Positions 6,138 through 15,248 of a stretch of DNA of 18,332 bases are shown here, piece by piece. The DNA is from an uncultured bacterium (GTDB lineage Bacteria > Gemmatimonadota > Gemmatimonadetes > Gemmatimonadales > Gemmatimonadaceae): the NCBI GenBank assembly GCA_963978095.1, contig CAXBQP010000056.1, positions 1 through 18,332 of the forward strand. Reading direction: 5' to 3'. The notes beneath the pieces are model-generated. The model worked only from the letters and a program-made list of their open reading frames with translations, did no database searches and was not told where the DNA came from. The position numbers and the translations under genes are program-made. Positions within the stretch are counted from its first letter, which is position 1, and every line of letters starts with the position of its first letter.

Positions 6138-7838
6138 ATGCCTTTCCGCCCAACCGATTCAGACACCCCAGCCCCGGGCGGATTCTCGACCCTCGGCCTC
6201 GATCCCCGCGTGGTCGCCGCCCTTACCACCCTGGGCTATGAGGAGCCGACCCCGATTCAGCTCGCGGCGATCCCGGTCCTTTTGCAGGGGCGCGACATGC
6301 TCGCGATGGCCGCCACGGGCACCGGCAAGACGGCCGCCTTCGCCCTCCCTTTGCTCCACCGACTGACCCCGGACGCCCCGCCGCGTGAACGGACGGCGGC
6401 CCTGGTCCTCGTGCCGACGCGAGAGCTGGCGATGCAGGTCGCCGAGGCGATCCACCGCTACGGCAAGGCGCTTGGCGCCGTGGCGATGCCCGTGTACGGC
6501 GGGACCCCCATGGACGTCCAGATCCGGGCGTTGAAGCGCGGGACGGACGTCGTGGTGGCCACCCCGGGACGGGCCTTGGATCATATCCGGCGGAAGACGC
6601 TCCACTTGGCGCATGTCAAAACCGTCGTGCTCGACGAAGCCGACGAGATGCTCGACATGGGCTTCGCCGAAGATCTCGAAGCCATTCTGGCCGAGTTGCC
6701 GACCGCACGTCAGACGTGCCTGTTTTCGGCGACGCTGCCGCCCCGGATCGACGCGATCGCCAAGTCGCACCTCACGGATCCGGCGCTGATCCGGATCGAC
6801 CGCGAGGCGGTGAAGGCCGGCTCCACCGCCAAGGTGCGTCAGGTGGCGTACATCGTGCCGCGTGCGCACAAGATGGCCGCACTCGCCCGTGTGCTCGATG
6901 TGGAGCACCCGGAAGCGGCGATCGTCTTCTGCCGTACCCGCACCGAAGTGGACGAACTCACCGGCACCCTGATCGCGCGCGGTCTCCGCGCCGAGGCACT
7001 GCATGGCGGGCTCAACCAGGACCAGCGCGACCGCGTCATGAAGAAGTTCCGCGGTGGCAAGGTGGACCTGCTCATCGCCACGGACGTGGCGGCGCGCGGC
7101 CTCGACGTGCAGCATGTGTCGCACGTGGTGAACTACGATGTCCCGTCAGCGAGCGAGGCCTACGTGCACCGCATCGGCCGCACGGGCCGGGCGGGGCGCA
7201 CGGGCGTGGCGATCACGTTCGCCGAGCCGCGTGAGCATCGCATGCTGCGCAACATCGAAGCGGCCACCAAACAGAAGATCGAGGTGAAGCCGGTGCCGAG
7301 CGTGGCTGATCTGCGTGCGAAGCGCCTCGAGCACACGCGGGAGGTGCTTCGCGAGACGATCTTGGCCGGCGAGTTGGACATGTACCGTACGGTCGTGGAG
7401 TCACTGTCCGACGAGTTCGACATCATGGACGTGGCCGCCGCGGCGGTGAAGCGTGCGGCGCCGCTCGACAACGGGAGCGAGGAACAGGAGATCCCGGCGG
7501 TGGAGATGCGTCCGAGCCGTGGTGCGCCGCCGGCGTTCGCGAAGGGCGTGGCCCGCTTCTCGCCGGGGAAGTCGCGCCCGGGAACCTCGCGAGGTGGCGG
7601 TGCCAAGGCCAAGATCTGGGTGGGCGCTGGCCGCAAAGCCAAGGTGCGTCCCGGTGACGTGGTCGGCGCGATCGTGAACGAAGCCGGCGTTGCCGCCACG
7701 GCGCTGGGGGCCATCACGACCTCGGACCGCTTCACCCTGGTGGAGGTGCCGGAAGCCTTGGCGGATCAGATTGTGCACGCCATGGCGAGGGCGACGATCA
7801 AGGGAAAGAAGGTCCTGGTCCGCCGCGATCGCGCGTGA
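6138..7838 (+). CDS. deaD: DEAD-box RNA helicase (DeaD/CsdA-like) with a C-terminal DbpA-type RNA-binding domain
   Basis: Q motif GYEEPTPIQ, ATGTGKT, PTRELA, TPGR, DEADEMLDMGF, SAT, ARGLD, HRIGRTGRAG; C-terminal GRKAKVRPGDVVGAIVNEAG. The upstream extension to 5871 overlaps rpsU and is unlikely. Confidence 0.9.
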   Translation: MPFRPTDSDTPAPGGFSTLGLDPRVVAALTTLGYEEPTPIQLAAIPVLLQGRDMLAMAATGTGKTAAFALPLLHRLTPDAPPRERTAALVLVPTRELAMQVAEAIHRYGKALGAVAMPVYGGTPMDVQIRALKRGTDVVVATPGRALDHIRRKTLHLAHVKTVVLDEADEMLDMGFAEDLEAILAELPTARQTCLFSATLPPRIDAIAKSHLTDPALIRIDREAVKAGSTAKVRQVAYIVPRAHKMAALARVLDVEHPEAAIVFCRTRTEVDELTGTLIARGLRAEALHGGLNQDQRDRVMKKFRGGKVDLLIATDVAARGLDVQHVSHVVNYDVPSASEAYVHRIGRTGRAGRTGVAITFAEPREHRMLRNIEAATKQKIEVKPVPSVADLRAKRLEHTREVLRETILAGELDMYRTVVESLSDEFDIMDVAAAAVKRAAPLDNGSEEQEIPAVEMRPSRGAPPAFAKGVARFSPGKSRPGTSRGGGAKAKIWVGAGRKAKVRPGDVVGAIVNEAGVAATALGAITTSDRFTLVEVPEALADQIVHAMARATIKGKKVLVRRDRA

Positions 7839-8488
7839 GCGACATGTCGGCTCGGCGTCGGGTGCTGCTCGTCGGGGCGACCGGCGTCGTGGGTCGGGAA
7901 TGTTTGTCCCAACTCGCGGCCGACGATACCGTGGCGCAGCTGCGGGCACTGGTGCGTCGGCCCACGGCCGATGCGCCAGCCGTATCGAAGCTCGAGATCC
8001 TGGTGACCGACATGATGACCCTCGAGTCACAGCCCGAGTGGTTTGCGGTGGACCAGGTGGTGTGCGCCCTTGGCACGACGATCAAGGTCGCGGGATCGCA
8101 GGCTGCGTTCCGCGCGGTCGACTACGAACTGCCGCTTCGGGTCGCGCGGCTCGCGCGCGCGCAGGGCGCCACGCACTTTCTGCTCGTCAGTGCGCTCGGC
8201 GCATCCGCCGCGTCCCGCGTCTTCTACAACCGCGTGAAAGGCGAACTCGAGGACGCGCTGGGGGCGCTCGGATTCCGCTCGCTCACGATCGCACGCCCGT
8301 CGCTGTTGCTCGGCGAGCGCGCCGAGTTCCGGTTGGGCGAGCGGGTGGCGCAGCCGTTCGGTTGCCTGATGCCGCCGCGCTGGAAGCCGGTCCATGCCCG
8401 TCAGGTCGCCGCCGCGCTCGTGCGTGCGGCGCGCGAGGACCTCGCGGGACACCGTGTCATCGAGAACATTGCACTGCGGCGGAACTGA
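7835..8488 (+). CDS. NAD(P)-binding atypical SDR (YraR/TIP30-like)
   Basis: LLVGATGVVG Rossmann motif, CALGTTIKVAGS, AVDY, VSALGA, FYNRVKGELE, RPSLLLGER. GTG start overlaps the helicase stop (alternative ATG 7844). Confidence 0.88.
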   Translation: MSDMSARRRVLLVGATGVVGRECLSQLAADDTVAQLRALVRRPTADAPAVSKLEILVTDMMTLESQPEWFAVDQVVCALGTTIKVAGSQAAFRAVDYELPLRVARLARAQGATHFLLVSALGASAASRVFYNRVKGELEDALGALGFRSLTIARPSLLLGERAEFRLGERVAQPFGCLMPPRWKPVHARQVAAALVRAAREDLAGHRVIENIALRRN

Positions 8489-8532
8489 GCCGCAGGCTCC
8501 GCCTCGCCCCTTTTGAACCGAGGAGTCGCGTC

Positions 8533-9630
8533 GTGATCGATCCGAGAATGCGGGTTTCGCCGGTGCGTCGCGTGATGGGCGCCGTCGCCATGTTCGTGAT
8601 GGGAGGCTGCGCGTCGGCGAGTGGCGCCGTGAGTGGTCCGCCGCGTGCGGCCGCGTCCGGGCGGCCGGCCGCGGATCATACGCTGCTGGCCGGCCCGTCG
8701 ACCGTCGCGTGGGGGAACTACGATGCGGCGGCGACCCCCGTGCTGCGCATCAAGTCCGGCGACGTGGTGGATGTCGGGACCTTCCTGACCTCGAGCCCCA
8801 CGCGCCTCGAAGCCAGTGGCGTGAAACCCGCGGACGTCGAACAGGCGCTGCGCGACACGTACCGGGACGTGCCGCAGAACCGGCGTGGTCCCGGCGGGCA
8901 CATCCTGACCGGGCCGATCTACGTGCAAGGGGCGGACTCCGGGGATGTACTCGAGGTGCGGATCCTGTCGATCGACCTCGCCATCCCCTACGCGTACAAC
9001 TCGTTCGGCCCCACCAGCGGGTTCATCCCCGAGGATTTCAAGTACGCCAAGACGCGCATCATTCCGCTCGACCCAGCAGCGGGTGTCGCCCACTTCGCGC
9101 CGGGGATCGACATCCCCTTGCGTCCGTTCTTCGGCTCGATGGGCGTGGCTCCGCCGCGGGCGATGGGCAAGTTGAACAGCGCACCGCCGGGGATCCATGC
9201 CGGCAATCTGGACAACAAGGAGCTCGTGGCGGGGACCACCCTGTTCATCCCCGTCCACACGGCCGGTGCGCTGTTCGAGATTGGCGACGGGCACGCCGGC
9301 CAAGGCAATGGCGAGGTGGACATCACCGCCCTCGAGACCTCCCTGCGCGGACGGTTGCAGTTCATCGTGCGCAAGGATCTTGCACTCACCTGGCCACGCG
9401 GTGAGACGCCGACGCACTGGATCGCGATGGGCACCGACAAGGATCTGGTGATCGCCACCAAGACCGCGGTGCGCCAGGCGATCGAGTTCCTGGTCACGAT
9501 GAAGGGGCTGTCGCGCGATGACGCGTACATGCTCACCAGCACCGCATGCGATGTCGCGGTGACGCAGCTCGTGGATGGCAACGTGGGCGTGCACGTGATG
9601 ATCCCCAAGGCGATCTTCACGGCGCGATGA
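8533..9630 (+). CDS. Acetamidase/formamidase family protein with signal peptide (possible lipoprotein)
   Basis: GTG 8533 lies 7 nt after AGGAG; GHILTGPIYVQGA, PFFGSMGVAP, HAGNLDNKEL, IGDGHAGQGNGEVDITALE; N-terminal hydrophobic stretch ending MGGC. Confidence 0.88.
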   Translation: MIDPRMRVSPVRRVMGAVAMFVMGGCASASGAVSGPPRAAASGRPAADHTLLAGPSTVAWGNYDAAATPVLRIKSGDVVDVGTFLTSSPTRLEASGVKPADVEQALRDTYRDVPQNRRGPGGHILTGPIYVQGADSGDVLEVRILSIDLAIPYAYNSFGPTSGFIPEDFKYAKTRIIPLDPAAGVAHFAPGIDIPLRPFFGSMGVAPPRAMGKLNSAPPGIHAGNLDNKELVAGTTLFIPVHTAGALFEIGDGHAGQGNGEVDITALETSLRGRLQFIVRKDLALTWPRGETPTHWIAMGTDKDLVIATKTAVRQAIEFLVTMKGLSRDDAYMLTSTACDVAVTQLVDGNVGVHVMIPKAIFTAR

Positions 9631-10541
9631 CCGGCTCCCGCGGGTGGCGCACGCGATTCGCGCCCGCGCCCACGGGATGGTTGCATCTGGGGCACGTGCT
9701 CAACGCGATCACCGTCTGGGGGATGGCGCGCGCGTTCGGGGGCTCGGTGGTATTGCGCATCGAGGACCACGATCGGCGACGGTGCAAGCCCGAGTACGAG
9801 GACGGTATCCGCGAGGATCTCGCCTGGCTCGGTTTCATCCCGGACGACGAAGCGCCACCGCAACGCGCACGGGAAGACCGCTACGCAGAGCGTCTGGGCG
9901 AACTCGAGTCCCGCGATCTCGTGTATCCGTGCCAGTGCTCGCGTCGTGCGATCGCCGGCGGGAGCGGCGAGCGCCACAGGGAGCTCGTCTACCCGGGCAG
10001 TTGTCGCACCCGTCACCTCGACTCCGGATGCACCGCGGCACGTCGCCTGCGATTCGAGGAGGAGGAACAGTCGTTCCACGATCTGCGCTTGGGTACGATC
10101 AGCCAGACGCCGGCCCTGCAGTGCGGCGACCTGTTGGTACGGGACCGTGACGGTCAGTGGACTTACCAGTTCGCGGTCACGGTGGACGACATGGATCAGG
10201 GGATCGATCTCGTGATCCGCGGCATCGATCTGCTCCCCTCGACCGGACGTCAGTTGCAACTCGCGCGACTCCTCGGCCGTACCCGGCCGCTGATGTTCAT
10301 GCATCACGCACTGATCCGGCACGACGATGGCGAGAAGCTCAGCAAATCACGAGGGGACACAGGGGTGCGCGAGCTCCGGGCCGCTGGCGCGAGCGCTGCG
10401 GAGGTGATCGGCGCTGCCGCCCATGCAGGGGGGCTCGTGGGCCGCGCAGCGCCCCTGCCCGCGACCGACGTGTCGACGTTGTTCGCCGAGGGGGCCTTTG
10501 GCTCCCTGCCCCGCTTCGGCGCACCGGAGGTGCGCGGATGA
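9627..10541 (+). CDS. gluQ: Glutamyl-queuosine tRNA(Asp) synthetase (GluRS catalytic-domain paralog)
   Basis: RFAPAPTGWLHLGH (HIGH-like), LRIEDHD, YPCQCSR...YPGSCR, YQFAVTVDD, VIRGIDL, KLSKS; about 304 aa with no anticodon-binding domain; ATGA overlap with the upstream gene. Confidence 0.85.
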   Translation: MTGSRGWRTRFAPAPTGWLHLGHVLNAITVWGMARAFGGSVVLRIEDHDRRRCKPEYEDGIREDLAWLGFIPDDEAPPQRAREDRYAERLGELESRDLVYPCQCSRRAIAGGSGERHRELVYPGSCRTRHLDSGCTAARRLRFEEEEQSFHDLRLGTISQTPALQCGDLLVRDRDGQWTYQFAVTVDDMDQGIDLVIRGIDLLPSTGRQLQLARLLGRTRPLMFMHHALIRHDDGEKLSKSRGDTGVRELRAAGASAAEVIGAAAHAGGLVGRAAPLPATDVSTLFAEGAFGSLPRFGAPEVRG

Positions 10542-11401
10542 ATGCGCGCATAGCGGCGTCGGCCGCACGACGCTTGAGCTTGGCGGGTGCGGTCGCGATC
10601 GGGATCCTGGCGCTCGGGTGGTGGCTCGGCCGTTCGCGCATCGCCCGCTGGCGCCCCCCCGTACCGGGAACATCGTCCGCGTTGCGGGTCGATACCGTCG
10701 CCGGAGTGGCGCGCCTGCAGATCGCGATCGCACGCCTACGTCCGGCGCCGGCGGGCGACGGCGCGCCGGACCTGCGCGCGGCGCGCCCCGGGGAGATGCG
10801 CATTGCACAGGTCGCACTCGTCAAACGCGGAGACCTCGGCGCCCTCGCCACCCTGCACCCGTGGCCCATCGACTCGGCGACGGCCTCCGCTGCGCTTCCG
10901 AATCTCCCCGCCGGGACGTACGACGTGTTTGTCGAGCTGAGATCGGCGCAGGGCGCGTACGTGCATCAGGACTCCCTGCACCTCAGCGGCGCGATGCACC
11001 GATGGAAGCCATCGAGCCCCTCGGATGCCGCGTTCAGTGGTGGTGGCGTCGGGACGCCCTTCCGCTTTGACGACGGCGTGACCCTCGGTTGGCTCGGAGC
11101 GGCGGAACGGCTGGAGGCTCGGCGGCCGACGATGCTCCGCTTCCGTCTGCGCGACGCCAACGGCCGGCCCGTGTCCCACGCACCGGATTCGTCCCACGCC
11201 ACGTGGGCCACCATCGTGCACGCGGGACCGGCGGCCACGTGGACACCGTTGCGACCGGCGAGCGAGGATGCCGCGCAGGGCGAGATGGCGTTTATTTATC
11301 CGTTCCCCGTTTCCGGCGCGTACCGGCTCTGGGTGGGGTTCCACCTGCGGGGCCGCATCCGGACGGCCGCCTTTGACGTCCACGTGGAGGATCGTCGGTG
11401 A
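10538..11401 (+). CDS. Hypothetical membrane-anchored protein with a C-terminal Ig-like segment
   Basis: ATGA overlap with the gluQ stop; N-terminal TM helix; LPAGTYDVFVE and FIYPFPVSGAYRLWVGF...TAAFDVHV. Confidence 0.65.
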   Translation: MNARIAASAARRLSLAGAVAIGILALGWWLGRSRIARWRPPVPGTSSALRVDTVAGVARLQIAIARLRPAPAGDGAPDLRAARPGEMRIAQVALVKRGDLGALATLHPWPIDSATASAALPNLPAGTYDVFVELRSAQGAYVHQDSLHLSGAMHRWKPSSPSDAAFSGGGVGTPFRFDDGVTLGWLGAAERLEARRPTMLRFRLRDANGRPVSHAPDSSHATWATIVHAGPAATWTPLRPASEDAAQGEMAFIYPFPVSGAYRLWVGFHLRGRIRTAAFDVHVEDRR

Positions 11402-11892
11402 ATCGTCACCAAGCGTTGAAGCGCCTCTCGATCTGGTTGTTCGTGACCGGCGCGCTGTTCATGGGAGGTGCCGCCGTGATCATGTATCGCGTACCGACGC
11501 ACGATGCACTGGTCTGCAGCCGCGCCGACGGACGCTGCCTCGTCACGCATCGGACCGGCTTTCGTTCGCGGTCCGGCGTGATTCCCCTCAGCACGGTGAC
11601 CGGCGCGGAACTCCGCAGCGCGAGTCCGGAGTCACCGCGGATGGCGCTGTGGCTGACGGCCACGTCCGGTGAGTACTGGGTGTCGGACTTCGTCAACTGG
11701 CAACGCCCCGTGGCCGAAGCCCAGCTGGCGGAAATTCTGGCGTTTGTGCGCACGCCTGGATCGCCTCGTCTCGAGTCACGCCACGACTTTTTTGGCGGCC
11801 CGGTTTCTGCGCTCGTGTTGCTGATTCTCGGGCTTGTGGCGGTCATTGCTGGGCTTCGCGTGCGGATCCGCGCCCCCGAGCCCGCCGCCTGA
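11398..11892 (+). CDS. Hypothetical membrane protein (two TM helices, Cys pair in the soluble loop)
   Basis: GTGA overlap with the upstream stop; hydrophobic segments at both ends; LVCSRADGRCLV. Confidence 0.65.
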   Translation: MNRHQALKRLSIWLFVTGALFMGGAAVIMYRVPTHDALVCSRADGRCLVTHRTGFRSRSGVIPLSTVTGAELRSASPESPRMALWLTATSGEYWVSDFVNWQRPVAEAQLAEILAFVRTPGSPRLESRHDFFGGPVSALVLLILGLVAVIAGLRVRIRAPEPAA

Positions 11893-11980
11893 CGCCCGGG
11901 CCGCCAGCGCCCGAGAGTTACCTCCGCGGAGGCTTTGCGGTATTCTGGAGAGCGTGCGCCGTTCTCCATCAATCCCCGCC

Positions 11981-14900
11981 ATGCGCTCTTCACTGATTCT
12001 CGCTGCGGCCTGTACCGCATTCCTGTCCGCTCCGTTGCCGGGGCGCGCCCAATCGACGTTCGATTCCAAGAGCATCCAGGGGATGCGCTGGCGCAACATC
12101 GGACCCTTCCGCGGCGGACGCGTGAAAGCCGCGGTCGGGGTGCCGAGCCAGCCCAATGTGTTCTACATGGGCATGGTGAACGGCGGCGTCTGGAAGACGA
12201 CCGACTACGGGCGTGTCTGGCTCCCGATCTTCGACTCACAGAGCTCCGGTTCGATCGGCGCCATCGATGTGGCGCTGTCGAATCCGAATGTCATCTACGT
12301 GGGGAGCGGCGAGGGGCTGCACCGCCCGGACCTCGCCACCGGCGATGGCATCTACAAGAGCGTCGATGCCGGCAAGACGTGGACGCACGTCTGGAAGCAG
12401 ACCAACCAGCAGATCCCGCGCATCTCGATCGACCCGACGAACCCGGATCGCGCGTTCGTGGCCGTGATGGGACATCCGTACGGACCGAACCCCGAGCGCG
12501 GGATCTACCGCACCACCGATGGCGGCAAGAGCTGGCAGCGGGTGTTGTACAAGGACGAATACACCGGGGCCGGCGATGTGCAGGTCGCCCCGAATGACCC
12601 GAACACGATCTACGCGAATCTGTGGGACGCGCAACACGGCCCGTGGGAGAACTCATCGTTCGCCGGACCCAACAGCGGACTGTTCAAGAGCACCGATGGC
12701 GGCAACAGCTGGAAGCCGCTGACCAAAGGGCTCCCCACCGCCGCCGATGGGATCGGCCGCATCGGCATCTCGATCTCGCAGAGCAATCCGAACCGCATCT
12801 ACATCATCGTCGGCGCGACCCGCGGCAACGCGCTGTATCGCAGCGACGATGCCGGCGAGAGCTGGTCGGTGGTGTCGACCGACAATCGGATCGTGGGCAA
12901 AGCCGATGACGCCAGCGCGCCTGCCGTGGATCCGAAGAATCCGGACATCGTCTACTCGGCCAACACCGTGGCGTGGAAGAGCACCGATGGCGGCAAGACT
13001 TGGGTCGCGCACCGCGGCGCCCCGGGCGGTGACGACTATCAGCGGTATTGGATCAACCCCAACAACTCGGACATCATCCTGCTCGTCGCTGATCAGGGCG
13101 CGGTGATCACCGTGAATGGCGGCAAGTCCTGGAGTTCGTGGTACAATCAGCCGACCGCGGCGTTCTATCACGTGGCCGCCGATTACAACTGGCCCTACAA
13201 CCTCTGCGGTGGGCAGCAGGACTCCGGTTCCGGCTGCGTCGCGAGCCGCGGAAACGATGGTTCGATCGGTTACCGCGAGTTCCATCCGGTCGGCGCGTTC
13301 GAGTACGACTACGTTGCCCCTGATCCGCTCGATCCGAACATCTACTACGGTGGGTTCACCGTGTCGAAGTACGACCGTCGCACGGGGCAGATCCAGACGG
13401 TGGGCCCCGACGCCAGCGGTGGACGCGGCGGCGCGGCCGGTGCAGGCCCGGACTACTTCCGCGCAGTGCGGACGCGCCCGATCCTGTTCTCCCCGATCAA
13501 CAAGCGCAAGCTGTACTACGGTACGAACGTCGTGTGGGAGACGGTCAACGGCGGCAACAGCTGGAAGCGCCTCTCCGACGATCTCTCGCGCGCCACGTGG
13601 GACGTGCCGAAGAACGTCGGCCGCTACATCGGCACGCCGGCCGCGGCGGTCACGCGCCGTGGTGTCGTGTACGCCATCGCGCCGAGTTATGTGGACAGCA
13701 ACACCGTGTGGGCCGGAACGGACGACGGATTGATCCACGTGACCCGAAACGGCGGGAAGACGTGGACCAATGTCACGCCGCCACAGATGGGGCCGTGGTG
13801 GAAGGTCGCACAACTCGACGCCTCGCACACGGACGCGAACACCGTGTACGCGGCGATCAACACGCTGCGGCTCGACGACCAGCGTCCGCATCTCTTCCGC
13901 ACGCGTGACGGCGGGAAGACGTGGACGGAGATCGTCTCGGGCATCTCCGCCGACGCGCCGACCAACACGATCCGCGAGGACCCCGTCCGGAAGGGACTGC
14001 TCTTCGCGGGGAGCGAGACGCAAGTCTGGTTCTCGCTCGACGACGGCGACCACTGGCACGACCTGCGTCTCAACATGCCGGCGACTTCCATCCGCGACCT
14101 GGTCGTCAAGGACAACGATCTCGCCATCGGTACGCATGGGCGCGGCTTCTGGATCCTGGATGATCTCTCGCCACTGCGTCAGTGGAGCGAGCGGGCGGCC
14201 AACGCGGCGGTCACGCTGTTCAAGCCGGCCCCTGCGATCCGCGTGCGCTATTCGATGTACCCGGACACGCCGGTGCCTCCTGATGAACCCTACGCCGAGA
14301 ACCCGCCCGACGGCGCGGTGATCGACTACTTCCTGAAGCGCGACGCCGCGGGGCCGGTGAAGATCGAGATCCTGGGGGAGAAGGGGCGGGTGGTGCGCGC
14401 CTTCTCGAGCACGGATGCGGCCGAACAGCCGCGCGATGTCGGCAACTGGCCGTACTACTGGTTCCGGCCACCGCAGGTGATGGGAACCAAGGCGGGGTTG
14501 CAGCGCTACGTCTGGGACCTGCATTACACCCCGCCGGGCGGCACGTGTGAACTCCCGATCTCTGCCACCCCATTCAACACCAAGTGTGAACCCGAGGGCC
14601 CGTGGGTCCACCCCGGCGCCTACACGGTCCGACTGACGGTTGACGGTGTCAGCTACACGCAACCGCTCACCGTGACGATGGATCCGCGCGTGAAGACCTC
14701 GCCAGCCGACCTCGCGCGCCAAGGAACGCTCTCACTTGCGCTCTATGATGCCGCGCTCGAGGCGCCGGCGGTGGCCAAGCAGATTCGCGCGGTACACGCA
14801 CAGCTCGCCGCGCGCGTCGCGGGCGCAACGGGCACGCTGGCCACCGAGATCACGGCACTCGCGGCACGGCTCGACGCGCTCGCGGGTCCCGACGCTCCAG

Positions 14901-15223
14901 CGGGTGGCGGCCGTGGGGGTCGAGGCGGCGCGGCAGCAGGTGCGACCGAATCGTTCAGCACGATCAGCGGCAAGTTTCTCCCGGTGATGGCGCTGCTACA
15001 GGGAGCGGATAGCCCGCCAACGACGCAGGCGGTCACGGTGGCCAACGAACGCCTGAAGACGCTCGCGGCACTGCGCGCGACCTGGGCCGGCATCACCGCG
15101 CGCGACATCCCCGCCATCAACGGCAGGCTGAAGGCGGCCGGCAGCGCGCCGATCACCATCGGCGCCGCCGACCGGCAGTGGCTCACTCCCCAAGACGTCC
15201 GACGCGCGGTCGGACTTCCGTGA
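11981..15223 (+). CDS. Secreted BNR/Asp-box (VPS10/sortilin-like) beta-propeller protein, putative glycosyl hydrolase
   Basis: Signal peptide, then WRNIGPFRGGR and many S/T-x-D-G-G-x-T/S-W repeats (KTTDYGRVW, KSVDAGKTW, RTTDGGKSW, KSTDGGNSW, RSDDAGESW, RTRDGGKTW); GTHGRGFWILDD; C-terminal helical region. Confidence 0.88.
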   Translation: MRSSLILAAACTAFLSAPLPGRAQSTFDSKSIQGMRWRNIGPFRGGRVKAAVGVPSQPNVFYMGMVNGGVWKTTDYGRVWLPIFDSQSSGSIGAIDVALSNPNVIYVGSGEGLHRPDLATGDGIYKSVDAGKTWTHVWKQTNQQIPRISIDPTNPDRAFVAVMGHPYGPNPERGIYRTTDGGKSWQRVLYKDEYTGAGDVQVAPNDPNTIYANLWDAQHGPWENSSFAGPNSGLFKSTDGGNSWKPLTKGLPTAADGIGRIGISISQSNPNRIYIIVGATRGNALYRSDDAGESWSVVSTDNRIVGKADDASAPAVDPKNPDIVYSANTVAWKSTDGGKTWVAHRGAPGGDDYQRYWINPNNSDIILLVADQGAVITVNGGKSWSSWYNQPTAAFYHVAADYNWPYNLCGGQQDSGSGCVASRGNDGSIGYREFHPVGAFEYDYVAPDPLDPNIYYGGFTVSKYDRRTGQIQTVGPDASGGRGGAAGAGPDYFRAVRTRPILFSPINKRKLYYGTNVVWETVNGGNSWKRLSDDLSRATWDVPKNVGRYIGTPAAAVTRRGVVYAIAPSYVDSNTVWAGTDDGLIHVTRNGGKTWTNVTPPQMGPWWKVAQLDASHTDANTVYAAINTLRLDDQRPHLFRTRDGGKTWTEIVSGISADAPTNTIREDPVRKGLLFAGSETQVWFSLDDGDHWHDLRLNMPATSIRDLVVKDNDLAIGTHGRGFWILDDLSPLRQWSERAANAAVTLFKPAPAIRVRYSMYPDTPVPPDEPYAENPPDGAVIDYFLKRDAAGPVKIEILGEKGRVVRAFSSTDAAEQPRDVGNWPYYWFRPPQVMGTKAGLQRYVWDLHYTPPGGTCELPISATPFNTKCEPEGPWVHPGAYTVRLTVDGVSYTQPLTVTMDPRVKTSPADLARQGTLSLALYDAALEAPAVAKQIRAVHAQLAARVAGATGTLATEITALAARLDALAGPDAPAGGGRGGRGGAAAGATESFSTISGKFLPVMALLQGADSPPTTQAVTVANERLKTLAALRATWAGITARDIPAINGRLKAAGSAPITIGAADRQWLTPQDVRRAVGLP

Positions 15224-15248
15224 TTCCCCGTTCCGGAACCTGAGACAC

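Noticed and set aside
5774..6229. Extensive overlap of a 151-aa rpsU ORF and a 655-aa helicase ORF
   Set aside because: Homology begins at ATG 5971 (minus) and ATG 6138 (plus), leaving an ordinary 166-bp divergent intergenic region.
8487..8514. Intrinsic terminator after the SDR gene (gagcc-gca-ggctc ... tttt)
   Set aside because: The stem is only 5 bp and the short T run is about 11 nt away, too weak to call.
7690..8532. N-terminal extension making a 646-aa acetamidase fusion
   Set aside because: It overlaps the helicase and SDR genes in another frame and is Arg-rich junk. A good SD plus GTG start exists at 8533.
12653..14722. Long antisense ORFs (689 aa here; also 9-1190, 3369-4358, 4589-5596, 8401-9594, 16019-17125, 17398-18177)
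   Set aside because: These are shadow ORFs opposite well-supported genes, expected from high GC3 codon bias, with no recognisable motifs.
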